Positions 47,833 to 57,200 of a stretch of 64,000 nt of DNA are shown one piece after another. Location of the stretch: the NCBI GenBank assembly GCA_028285525.1, contig JANQOZ010000044.1, positions 6,920 through 70,919 on the forward strand, read 5' to 3'. The position numbers and the translations under genes are program-made. How positions within the stretch are numbered: the first letter of the stretch is position 1; each line of letters begins with the position of its first letter. The notes beneath the pieces are model-generated. The model was given only the letters and a program-made list of their open reading frames with translations, did not search any database and had not been told where the DNA came from. Source of the DNA: Lysobacterales bacterium. Lineage in GTDB: Bacteria; Pseudomonadota; Gammaproteobacteria; Xanthomonadales; SZUA-38.

Positions 47833-48165
47833 ATGGAAGTGAGCGCGAGGCTCCAGCAGCTGCTGGACCGCTATCCGGTCTGTGTGTTTATGCGGGGCAG
47901 TCCGGAAGACCCTAACTGCCGAGAATCCCGCGAGGCGATCGAGGTACTCGCCGACGCTGGCGTGAGCTTTCACAGCGTCGATATCCAGCGGGACCCCGAG
48001 CTGCGAGCGCTGCTGCAGAAGTCGCCTGACTACTCTGAGCTGCCGCAGGTTTTTCTTAACGGCCAGTGCCTGGGCGGGGCCACGCTGCTGCGCGAACTCC
48101 ACGTGCAGGGTGAGCTGGTTCCCATGGTTGAACAGCTGGACATTCAGTATCAGCTGACCGGCTGA
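47833..48165 (+). CDS. monothiol-glutaredoxin (Grx4)-like protein with CRES instead of CGFS
   Basis: An ATG at 47833, preceded by GAGGGAGGA, gives 110 aa. VCVFMRGSPEDPNCRESREAIEVL aligns by eye to Grx4 ILLYMKGSPKLPSCGFSAQAVQAL. Confidence 0.7.
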   Translation: MEVSARLQQLLDRYPVCVFMRGSPEDPNCRESREAIEVLADAGVSFHSVDIQRDPELRALLQKSPDYSELPQVFLNGQCLGGATLLRELHVQGELVPMVEQLDIQYQLTG

Positions 48166-48183
48166 CGACGGCCAGCAGCCGGC

Positions 48184-48894
48184 TCAATCGGCGGGTTCCG
48201 CCGCCGCTGCATCCGACCAGGGAATGCCCATTTCGCTGTGCCATCGGTTAACGATGGCACAGAACAATGCGGCGGTCTTTTCCACGTCATAAATTGCGGA
48301 GTGGGCCTCGTTCGCGTCCCAGTCGATGCCGGCGGCCCGTGCAGCCCGTGCCAGCACGGTTTGCCCAAACGCTAGGCCACCCAGCGTAGCGGTATCAAAG
48401 CTGCTGAACGGGTGAAACGGCGAGCGCTTGTAGCCTGTGCGACTGATCGCGGCGTTCAGGAACCCAAGGTCAAAAGAAGGGTTGTGCCCGACCAGGATTG
48501 CGCGACCGCATCCCGCTGTTTTCATGGCCTCACGAATCGGCTGACAAAAGGTCTGAAGCGCCACCTTCTCGTCGACGGCCTGCCTCAGCGGGTGGTCCGG
48601 AATAATGCCCGTGATTTCCATGGATTTGGGATCCAGCACGGACCCGGGAAACGGCTCGACGTGTACGGCAACCGTTGGGCCCGGTTTGACGACGCCGTCA
48701 TCCGTCATTTCGATCGGGCAGCCGGCCATTTCGAGCAGCGCATGCTTCTGACTGTCGAAGCCCCCCGTTTCGAGGTCCACCACAACCGGAAGAAACCCGC
48801 GAAAGCGCCGGGCAATAGGTGATTTTTGCTGACTCAACGAATCTGTCCTGGTTTCCGCGGGCTTGCAGGGAGTGCCAGAGCCGAAGGTTAGCAC
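48184..48894 (-). CDS. rnt: ribonuclease T
   Basis: Contains [18 protein letters not shown] (exo I), [11 protein letters not shown] (exo II) and [12 protein letters not shown] (exo III). An alternative TTG start lies at 48837. Confidence 0.88.
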   Translation of the reverse strand: MLTFGSGTPCKPAETRTDSLSQQKSPIARRFRGFLPVVVDLETGGFDSQKHALLEMAGCPIEMTDDGVVKPGPTVAVHVEPFPGSVLDPKSMEITGIIPDHPLRQAVDEKVALQTFCQPIREAMKTAGCGRAILVGHNPSFDLGFLNAAISRTGYKRSPFHPFSSFDTATLGGLAFGQTVLARAARAAGIDWDANEAHSAIYDVEKTAALFCAIVNRWHSEMGIPWSDAAAAEPAD

Positions 48895-48933
48895 GCTGCT
48901 GTCAGCGACAGTTTGAAGCTTTGTAACGGTTGG

Positions 48934-49695
48934 TCAGGTTGACGCTGCGGTGCCGAGAATCACTTCGCGCTTAGCGAGATCGGCCAGAATTCCGGTGCCG
49001 GCTTGAACAATCGTTTCCGCGTTTTCCGCACCCAGCTCGCCGGCGATTTGCTCCAGGTAGCGTCGGCCGGTTTGTCCCGGTTCCTGCTGCAGCAGCTGCA
49101 GCAGACGGGCGGTCACAGCGTTCAGCTTAAGAAAGCGAACCTTGTCGTCGTGCCGTCGGTAAATCACCAGATGGGTGGGTTCCTCCGGCGGCGCGTCGGG
49201 CTGAAACTCGGGCTTGATCAGATGCACCGGGTATTCGTAGCTGAGCAGCCACGCCAGCGGCGACAGGACGGGTACGCCGCTGATCAGGTCGCCATCGGGA
49301 TCGGCGGCGACGTCCGACTGCTCCGCCTCGTCCAGGGACAGCGCTAGTTCCGCCCATTCGTAGTGCGCGAGCTCCAGGATGAACGGGGGGTCGCCCTGGT
49401 CCGGTCCTCGGTGGTCCTGCACAAACTGCAGAAACTCCCGCGGCAGCTCCGGGAACAGCGGCGTGTGGGCCCGATGCCTGACAAAAAAGTCCCGCACCAG
49501 CTTGTTCCAGCGCTCTTTGGTGTAGAGCTTCCGCAGCACCGGAAAGTTGTTGGCGATGAATCCCTGGATGTTGTTGAAGAACAGTTCTCGATAGATCGCC
49601 ATCCGGCGATCCTCGATGTCGCCGGGTGCCGGCGTCTGGCTGGGATTACGGATATGGCCGGCGAACTGCCGCTGCAGCTCGCTGAGCCGGGACAT
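48934..49695 (-). CDS. DUF2063-domain protein (partner subunit of DUF692/MNIO enzymes; BufC/MbnC-like role)
   Basis: 253 aa. [18 protein letters not shown]...RRMAIYRELFFNNIQGFIANNFPVLRKL fits the DUF2063 pattern. The ATG shares 1 nt with the DUF692 stop (TGATG at 49693-49697). Confidence 0.8.
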   Translation of the reverse strand: MSRLSELQRQFAGHIRNPSQTPAPGDIEDRRMAIYRELFFNNIQGFIANNFPVLRKLYTKERWNKLVRDFFVRHRAHTPLFPELPREFLQFVQDHRGPDQGDPPFILELAHYEWAELALSLDEAEQSDVAADPDGDLISGVPVLSPLAWLLSYEYPVHLIKPEFQPDAPPEEPTHLVIYRRHDDKVRFLKLNAVTARLLQLLQQEPGQTGRRYLEQIAGELGAENAETIVQAGTGILADLAKREVILGTAAST

Positions 49696-50573
49696 CAGGC
49701 GCTCGCCTGGACCGCGGGTTCGCCGCGCTCGTTTCGCTTGGGCGCCTGCCGCTGGATGCTGCGAATGGTTTCCACCTCGTCGAGCAGTTCGGCGATGGGC
49801 GGGAAGTTGAAGTCGCGCTCCACCAGCGCCGGGAGCGGGCCCCAGAGCTCACGGGCCTGCCGATACAGATCCCACACCGGCGCAATGATTTCAGCGCCAT
49901 GGGTGTCGACGATCAGATCTTCCGCCTCGTTGTAGTGTCCGGCGACATGGCAATACGTGACGCGTTCGCCGGGCAGGGCAGCCAGAAACTCACCGGCGTC
50001 ATACCGATGATTCACGCTGTTGACGTAGATGTTGTTCAGATCCAGAAGGAGATCGCAGTCAGCGCGATCGATCACTTCGTTGATGAACGTGATTTCGTCC
50101 ATCTCCTTACCGGGCGCCGCGTAGTACGACACGTTTTCGATCGCGATGCGGCGATCGAGAATGTCCTGGGTGCGACGAATGCGGGCGGCAACGTATTCCA
50201 CCGCCTCTTCGGTGAAGGGAATCGGCATCAGGTCGTACAGATGACCGTCGTCGCTGCAGTAGCTCAGGTGATCGCTATAAGAGCGGATCTGGTGCTGATC
50301 CAGAAACGCCTTGAGGCGCTTGAGAAAAGTCTCATCAAGCGGGGAGGGGCCGCCGATCGACAGAGACAGACCGTGGCAGACGAACGGATACTTTTCCGTG
50401 TAGCTGCGAAAGGTGCGTCCGAGCCGGCCGCCGACGTTGATCCAGTTTTCCGGCGCCACTTCCCAGAAGTCGACTGCCGGATCAGCTTGGGTTTCGCTGG
50501 CGTGGGAACGCAGCGGGCCCAGGAGGGCCCGCCGCAGCCCAAGTCCAGCTCCTGCAACCGGATGGTTACTCAT
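49695..50573 (-). CDS. DUF692 / UPF0276 family multinuclear non-heme iron oxidative enzyme (MNIO; MbnB/BufB-like)
   Basis: 292 aa. Contains [60 protein letters not shown] and [10 protein letters not shown], a string of DUF692 signature segments. Confidence 0.87.
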   Translation of the reverse strand: MSNHPVAGAGLGLRRALLGPLRSHASETQADPAVDFWEVAPENWINVGGRLGRTFRSYTEKYPFVCHGLSLSIGGPSPLDETFLKRLKAFLDQHQIRSYSDHLSYCSDDGHLYDLMPIPFTEEAVEYVAARIRRTQDILDRRIAIENVSYYAAPGKEMDEITFINEVIDRADCDLLLDLNNIYVNSVNHRYDAGEFLAALPGERVTYCHVAGHYNEAEDLIVDTHGAEIIAPVWDLYRQARELWGPLPALVERDFNFPPIAELLDEVETIRSIQRQAPKRNERGEPAVQASA

Positions 50574-50597
50574 GGAGTTGGCAGGGTGTTACCGGGT

Positions 50598-51056
50598 TCA
50601 GGCAGCGCCGCCGCACTTGCCTTCGCCACACTTGCCTTCTTCGCCCTTGTCGCCGCCGCAAGAGCCTTCTTCACCCTTGTCGCCGCCACATGAGCCTTCT
50701 TCGCCCTTATCGCCGCCGCAAGAGCCTTCCTCGCCCTTGTCACCGCCGCAGGAGCCTTCTTCACCTTTGTCGCCGCCGCACTTGCCTTCACCGCAGGCGC
50801 CTTCTTCACCTTTGTCGCCGCCGCACTTACCTTCGCCGCAGGCGCCCTCTTCACCCTTGTCGCCGCCGCACTTGCCTTCGCCACAAGAACCCTCAGCGGT
50901 GTCTTTCTCGCCGGCCAGCTCGTAGCCTGCGTTCAGATCGGTCAGCTCGAACGGGTTATCAGCCGCAGCCGCCGTACCCAGGGCAAAGGTGGAAACAAAC
51001 GCTGCGCCAACAGCGGCGGTCAGGGGCTTGATAACGATCGATGATTGCTTGGACAT
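50598..51056 (-). CDS. secreted Cys-rich EGxCG/GDKGE-repeat protein, putative RiPP precursor of the adjacent MNIO enzyme
   Basis: 152 aa with RBS GAGGA upstream of the ATG. It has the Sec signal MSKQSSIVIKPLTAAVGAAFVSTFALGTAAAA and the linker DNPFELTDLNAGYELAGEKDTA. The final 98 aa are tiled from 12 EGxCG (x = S, K or A) and 7 GDKGE units, then GAA. The gene ends 24 nt upstream of the DUF692 gene. Confidence 0.78.
   Translation of the reverse strand: MSKQSSIVIKPLTAAVGAAFVSTFALGTAAAADNPFELTDLNAGYELAGEKDTAEGSCGEGKCGGDKGEEGACGEGKCGGDKGEEGACGEGKCGGDKGEEGSCGGDKGEEGSCGGDKGEEGSCGGDKGEEGSCGGDKGEEGKCGEGKCGGAA
50601..50894 (-). repeat. tandem coding repeats (30-nt SCGGDKGEEG units and 45-nt ACGEGKCGGDKGEEG units)
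   Basis: Read directly from the sequence. The copies differ almost only at synonymous third positions in the EGxCG frame. Confidence 0.9.
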
Positions 51057-51259
51057 GCTTGTAAATCCTCAGTTTTTAATCGTGGCCTTCAGGGCCGTCA
51101 TTCACCGGGCGTTCGCGGCCAAATCCGCTGGCGCCCCTCTCGATGAAACTCGGTTTTCAATCAGTGCCCGGTTACTTCGCAAGTGTGGCGGGTTGGGCAC
51201 AGCTCCCGGTCACGCTCTAAGAGACCCGGGCCTCGAGAAAACGCTTTCATCATTTTTTC

Positions 51260-51289
51260 ATGCAAATCGTTTTTTGTCGATTTTTGCAT
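51260..51289. promoter_or_regulatory. imperfect inverted repeat ATGCAAATCG-N8-CGATTTTTGCAT in an AT-rich patch
   Basis: Arms at 51260-51269 and 51278-51289, about 200 nt upstream of the precursor ATG (minus strand) and about 280 nt upstream of fimT (plus strand). Confidence 0.2.
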
Positions 51290-51567
51290 ACAATTGAGTG
51301 GCTTAGCGTGCGCTGCGGGGCTTGCCGACGGGCTGAAATTCGCGGTTGCGGAGCCCGAGTGGTCGCCTGAGGGCACGGTTCATCCGGCGATGGCCTTATT
51401 TTGCACCGTCAGACGCCGGCGCCCGGAAGTCACAGTGGTTTGCATTTACCGCAGATCGGCGCGAAATAAGACCCTCGTCGACGCCCCTCCACCGCCTGGA
51501 ACACAATAAAAACCGATCATCGGAGATCGCTTGAGAGGGCGCGGCCGCTCACCTATTAATACCGCCC

Positions 51568-52050
51568 ATGAACAGGACATCTGGATTTACGCTGGTTGAG
51601 CTCATGGTCACCCTGACCGTGCTCGCCATCATGATTGCCGTCGGCGTGCCGGGTTTTAACCAGTTTGTGCAGGGGCAGCGCACCACAACGCAGGTGAACG
51701 CCGTGATTCAAGCGGTCAACCTGGCGCGGTCTGAGGCGCTCAGCCGCGGCCGCCCCACCGCACTGCGATCGATGGACGGCGACTTCAACACCGGCTATGA
51801 GCTGTGGGTTGACGGCAACAGCGACGGCGACTTTGTTGACGCTGAAGATGAAGCCCTGCGCATCTATGAGCCGATTCAGCAGGCGAGCTATACCTTTTCT
51901 GCCGACCCGCTCAACTTTCTCGCTTCCGGCTGGCTCGGCGGCGCCTACACCGTCAACGTGCTTGCCGATGGCTGCAAGCAGCAGAACGACCGCAATATCT
52001 TTATCACCCGCACCGGCGGGATCAACGTTGTAAGGAATAACTGTCCATGA
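51568..52050 (+). CDS. fimT: GspH/FimT-family type IV minor pilin
   Basis: Prepilin N-terminus MNRTSGFTLVELMVTLTVLAIMIAVGVPGF. Confidence 0.85.
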   Translation: MNRTSGFTLVELMVTLTVLAIMIAVGVPGFNQFVQGQRTTTQVNAVIQAVNLARSEALSRGRPTALRSMDGDFNTGYELWVDGNSDGDFVDAEDEALRIYEPIQQASYTFSADPLNFLASGWLGGAYTVNVLADGCKQQNDRNIFITRTGGINVVRNNCP

Positions 52051-52520
52051 TGATCTCACGTTCCCCGAGGCAGGCGCAGCGCGGCACCACGCTGATCGAG
52101 GTGCTGATCGCGGTCCTGGTCCTGTCGCTCGGGCTGCTTGGCCTGGCAGGGCTGCAGGGCATCTCGCTGCGCTCGAGCGGCAACGCGTTCATGCGTACCC
52201 AGGCCACCAACGCGTCGTACGAGATCCTCGACCAGATCCGGGCCAACCGGCAGCAGATCACCCTGAACGGCGGGCCGACCGCAGCGCAGCTTGCCCAGTG
52301 GCAGGCGTTTGTGGCGGGTGTGCTGCCCAACGGCCAGCTTCAGGTGACCGGGCCTGACGGTGCGGCCCTCAACTGCGATCCGACTGACTGCCGGATTGCA
52401 GTTCGCCTGAGCTGGGCGGACACGGTACAGCGCGGCACCGATGCCGCCACGTCGACGGCGGCAGGCTACGACACCACCGATGCGACGCTGCAGTGGTTTG
52501 AAATGGATACGCGGATATGA
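52047..52520 (+). CDS. pilV: type IV pilus minor pilin PilV
   Basis: QRGTTLIEVLIAVLVLSLGLLGLAGLQ. It overlaps fimT by 4 nt. Confidence 0.85.
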   Translation: MMISRSPRQAQRGTTLIEVLIAVLVLSLGLLGLAGLQGISLRSSGNAFMRTQATNASYEILDQIRANRQQITLNGGPTAAQLAQWQAFVAGVLPNGQLQVTGPDGAALNCDPTDCRIAVRLSWADTVQRGTDAATSTAAGYDTTDATLQWFEMDTRI

Positions 52521-53677
52521 GTCGTTTCACCTTTGAACAGGCACGACGTGCTCAGGGATTTGGCCTGATTGAACTGATGATCGCGCTGCTGCTGGGCATC
52601 GTTGTGATGGGCGGTGTGGCGCAGGTGTTTTATTCGACCTCCCAGTCGTATCGCGCGCAGCAGGCGCTGTCGCGCGTTCAAGAGTCGGGCCGGTTTGCCA
52701 TCGAGATTCTCAAGCCGCGGCTGCGGCCTGCCGGGCGCACCAATTTCTGCGTCGCGCGGCTCCAGACCAACGAGGTGCTGGACAACGGTGCCCCGGGGTA
52801 TGAGGCGGCGATCTACAACCCGAATCTGCCGGTTGTGGGCTTCGAATTTAGCGGCACGGACCTGGACGACACCTACGCGCTGCCCGCGACGCTCGGAACC
52901 GGGGCGGTCAACGCGGGCGACTACTCGACGGCCTTTGGCGCTGTTGCGGTGCCGCAGGCGGCGGTAGACAACGCCGTGCCTGGCAGCGACGTGCTCATTA
53001 TCAAATACGCTGATCCCGTCGATCAGGTCACCGCTTGCGGCTATGACGCCGCGTCAGCAGACCTCAATCTGAACTTCCCGGTTGACTGCGGCACCACGCC
53101 GGCGGCGCCCTACAGCCAGACCGAGCTGGACGAAATCTTTCCGCGAGGTGGCCTGGTCATGGTGACCGACTGCAATACCGGCGGCGATCTGTTTCAGCGG
53201 ACCAACTCCGGCTCAGCCGCGTTTTCTCTCAACGACGGCGGAACGACCCCTGGCAATCTCGCCGCCGGGCTCAGCCGCAGCTACAACGATGAAGCTCAGG
53301 TGCTGCCGTTTCACTCCATCATGTTTTTTATCGGCGTGAATGCGGGTGGTCAGCCGGCGCTCTTCCAGATGGATTACGGCACGGACGCAACGCCAGAAGA
53401 AATTATTGAAGGCGTGGAGAACATGCAGCTCCTGTTCGGTGAGCTCGACGGGCTCGGCAACGTGACCTACCTCGAGCCTCATCTGGTGACCACGCCAGCC
53501 AACATTGTGTCGATGCGGGTCTCGCTGCTGCTGCGCTCGACCAACAACGCTGATCTCGAGACCGACGATCAGACGTACAACCTCAACGGCACCACGGTGG
53601 ACCCGGTAGACGACTCGCGTCTTCGCCAGGTGTTCTTCACCACCGTCGCGGTTCGCAACCGCGTCAACGTAATTTAG
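52517..53677 (+). CDS. pilW: type IV pilus minor pilin PilW
   Basis: AQGFGLIELMIALLLGIVVMGGVAQVF. 386 aa. It overlaps pilV by 4 nt. Confidence 0.85.
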   Translation: MSRFTFEQARRAQGFGLIELMIALLLGIVVMGGVAQVFYSTSQSYRAQQALSRVQESGRFAIEILKPRLRPAGRTNFCVARLQTNEVLDNGAPGYEAAIYNPNLPVVGFEFSGTDLDDTYALPATLGTGAVNAGDYSTAFGAVAVPQAAVDNAVPGSDVLIIKYADPVDQVTACGYDAASADLNLNFPVDCGTTPAAPYSQTELDEIFPRGGLVMVTDCNTGGDLFQRTNSGSAAFSLNDGGTTPGNLAAGLSRSYNDEAQVLPFHSIMFFIGVNAGGQPALFQMDYGTDATPEEIIEGVENMQLLFGELDGLGNVTYLEPHLVTTPANIVSMRVSLLLRSTNNADLETDDQTYNLNGTTVDPVDDSRLRQVFFTTVAVRNRVNVI

Positions 53678-53688
53678 GACCGCTACCG

Positions 53689-54240
53689 ATGAAACAACTC
53701 AATCAACCCTTTCCCCAGCGTCAGCGCGGCGTCGCACTGCTGATGGGCATGATGATGCTGCTGGTGCTGACGCTGATTTCCGTTACCGCGATGCAGGGCA
53801 GCACGATGCAGGAGCGGATGGCGGGCAACGTCCGTGAAGCCAACCTGGCATTTCAGACCGCTGAAGACATTGTCCGGCAGGTTGAGGATCAGGTTCGGCT
53901 GGCGGCAGAGACAGGCACCTTCGGAGGCATTCTTCCGCAGGGCTGGGTCGATACGGGCATGGGCGTTTACGATTGCGCCGGCGCCAAGCTGCTGGCCAAC
54001 GCGGATCAAACCACCTGGCCTCAGCCGGCGAGCACCTACACCAACCGCGGCGACATGCGCTACCAGGTGGTAGAGATGAGCGGCGTGGGTGGTCGATCGG
54101 TCGCCTGTAAGCCGCTGGAAGAGGAGCCGCTGGTAGGGGCCGGCAACCGCTCCTCATACTTTCTGGTCTTTGGCTATTCCGAGGGACCCGCGTCACGGGC
54201 CAACGACATGGTCGTAACCACTTATTACTACGAAGACTGA
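53689..54240 (+). CDS. pilX: type IV pilus minor pilin PilX
   Basis: QRGVALLMGMMMLLVLTLISVTAMQ, and its position in the operon. Confidence 0.8.
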   Translation: MKQLNQPFPQRQRGVALLMGMMMLLVLTLISVTAMQGSTMQERMAGNVREANLAFQTAEDIVRQVEDQVRLAAETGTFGGILPQGWVDTGMGVYDCAGAKLLANADQTTWPQPASTYTNRGDMRYQVVEMSGVGGRSVACKPLEEEPLVGAGNRSSYFLVFGYSEGPASRANDMVVTTYYYED

Positions 54241-54286
54241 GACGGAGTTCAGTTTCATATCCCGAACAGGGAGCTGGGAGTTAGAC

Positions 54287-57200
54287 ATGAATAATCGCTC
54301 TGCCAACACAAAAATGTCGCTGCTGCTGGGACTGGCGGCGACCTGCTTTCTGAGCGGCAACGCCTGGGCGCAGCTCGACATCGCCAACCAGCCGCTGGTG
54401 GTCTTTCAGAACGTAAAAAGCAACGTCATCGTGGTGCTCGACGACTCGGGCTCCATGTCGTTCGAGACCATTACGCCCACCAATGACGGTTCGCTCTACT
54501 GGCAGGCCGGGGCCACCGATTCGTTTGTCCAGGCCGACGGAACCTTTTTCTTCGGCACGGCGGGTCGAAAGTACTCCTACGTTTTCCCGTACACCGAAGG
54601 ACCCAATGGTGGGCACTTTGTCATCCCGCCGTTCCCGCAGTTCGGCTTCATGTGGTCGTCGGCCTACAACACCGGCTACTACGACCCGACGCAGACCTAC
54701 GAACCTTGGCCCGACTTCGGCGCGCTGACGTTCAATGACATCGACCCAACGGCGGCTCCGTCCGATCCTTCCGGGTCGACCGGCAACGCCGGTCGTCAGC
54801 ACGATCTGACCCAGAATCTGGCCTTTACCAACGAAGGTTTCCACTTCAACGACGGCATGGTCATTCCGGGTGGAACCCGTTATCGCAACGGCGCCAACAA
54901 CGCCTGGATCGATCAACTCGGTGACCAGGTGTGGAACGGCGGCGACGTTCAGGAACGAGGCGTTGACTACTATCCGTCCTTCTACTACACGCCGGTTGAT
55001 ACGGGCACCTACACGCTGACAATCCCGGGCGTGAATCCGCTGCCGGACGTGGTGGTTAACGGCGACTGCGCAACGCCGGTGCCTGCAAACTACAAGATCT
55101 TCGAGCGGGTACCGAGCGGCATCGCCGGGGATGCTGACGCACTCGGCCCGGACGGTTCCTGCCTGGTGCGGACCGACATCGCTGCCGGAACGCCGGAAAT
55201 GCAGAACTTCGCGAACTGGTTCAGCTACTACCGCAAGCGCCACTTGGCGGTTCGCAACGGTATCGCCGGCGCTTTTGTCGACCTGCCGCTCGGCATGAAC
55301 GTGGGCTACTTCACGATCAATAACCGCAACACGGTCGCGATGCGGGAGTTCGACAACAACCCCGCGGTCGACGAGCGCGATCTATTCCTGACCGACATTA
55401 TCAACGAGAACTTTGGTGGCAGCACGCCAAACCGGCAGGCGCTCAATCATGCGGGCAATCAGTTTCAGCGCAGCAATAACCCGGTGATCGAGTTTGAGTG
55501 CCAGAAGAACTTTGCGGTGATGTTCACCGACGGCTTCTCAGCGCTCGGTGGCATCCCGACGCCCGGTAATGTCGACGGCGCCGAGGGGCAGCCCTACGCG
55601 GATACCTTCGGCAACACGATTGCCGATATTTCGATGGACTATTTCGAAAACTTTGACGCGAGCGGCTTGACCTTCCCGGTCGAGAACCAGGGTGAGGTTT
55701 CTATTCCCCGAGCGTGTGACACCGCCACGCTGCCCACGCCGCTGGACTGTAAAACCGATCTGCACATGAATACCTATATGGTGGTGCTCAACGGCCTGGG
55801 TACGATCTTTGGCGTTACGCACTTCGAAATCGAGGATGCCTACGCCAATCCGCCGACTTGGCCCGACGTGAACGGCGCTCGCGATCCGTCGCAGATCGAC
55901 GACCTGTATCACGCGGCGGTCAACGGCCGTGGCCTGATGCTGAACGCCGCAACGCCGACCGAGATCGCTGAGCGATTCCAAACGGCGCTGGCCGACATCG
56001 TGGCGCGCTCCCGGCCAACGACGTCGTTGACGGCAACCTCGACTCGACTGACCACGGAGAGTCGTCTGTATCAGGCGGCGTTCGACAGCTTCGACTGGTC
56101 GGGTGACCTGGTGGCGGTTGATCTAGAGGGCACCGTCGAATGGTCCGCGGAAGAAGAGCTGCAGGCCCGGACGGCCGACCGGCTGGTCTTCACGATCAAC
56201 GACACCGGCGGCGTGGAGTTCGACGACTTCACCGACCTGGCGGGCAACGTTCAGACGGAGCTGGCCGCGAACCTCGATACGGTCCTCGGGGTCGACATCA
56301 ACGCCGCCTCGCCGGCCTTTACCGGCGATCAGTTTCTCGACTTCATCAAGGGCGACGACGCGCTGGAGGGCACGGTGTTTCGCGATCGCGAAAACCTGCT
56401 TGGCGACGTCGTTAACTCTGAGCCGATCGTCGCAGGTCCCGGCAACGAGGGTTGGGCGCGTCTGCCGGCAGGTGCCGGCGGCGGCGCCACCTACGTGAAC
56501 TACGTTGACGGGCCCAAGCAGAGCCGGCCGCTGACCGTTTACGTGGGTGCTAATGACGGCATGCTGCACGCTTTCGATGCGGAAGACGGCGAAGAGTTTT
56601 TTGCCTACGTGCCGCGGGCGGTAACCCCGAAGCTCGCTGAACTCGGCAATCCCGGCTACCTGCACGAGTTCTACGTCGACGACACCGCAACCGCGGCTGA
56701 CGCGTTCAGCGGCAGTTGGCGCACGGTGCTGGTCGGCGGGCTGGGAGCCGGCGGTCGAGGCGTGTACGCGCTGGACGTGACCAATCCGGGTACGTTCAAC
56801 GCTTCCAACGTGCTCTGGGAACTCACCTCCGATGATGATCCGGACCTCGGCTTTACGATCGGACGTCCCGTGATCTCCCGTACCTCGTCGGGTACCTGGG
56901 TTGCGGTCTTCGGGAACGGACACAACAGCCAGAATAACGACGGCTTCCTGTTCGTGGTAGATCTGTTCAACGGCACCGTGCTGGCCAAGCTGCCTACGGG
57001 GCAGGGTTCCAACGCTGATCCGGCGGGGCTTGCGTCGCCGAGGCTCGAGCTGAACGGCGCCGATGGGCTGTCGATCGCTAACGCGTATATCGGCGACCTC
57101 AACGGCAACATGTGGAAATTCGACCTTTCGGACAACAGTCCGGGTAACTGGGGCTCCGCTTTTACCTCTGGCGGTAACCCGCAGCCGCTGTTCACGGCAC

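Noticed and set aside
50413-51031. Alternative long ORFs across the repeat array: PSSPLSPP repeats (+), KKAPAAKVSAAATKV repeats (-), RRRxLLHLCRRR repeats (+)
   Set aside because: They exist only because the DNA is periodic. They lack a signal peptide or RBS context, and one runs through the DUF692 start. The between-copy substitutions are synonymous in the EGxCG frame.
51391-51405. Sigma-54-like TGGCC-N-TTGCA upstream of fimT
   Set aside because: The GG-to-GC spacing is one nucleotide shorter than the GG-N10-GC that RpoN promoters require, and other consensus positions are weak.
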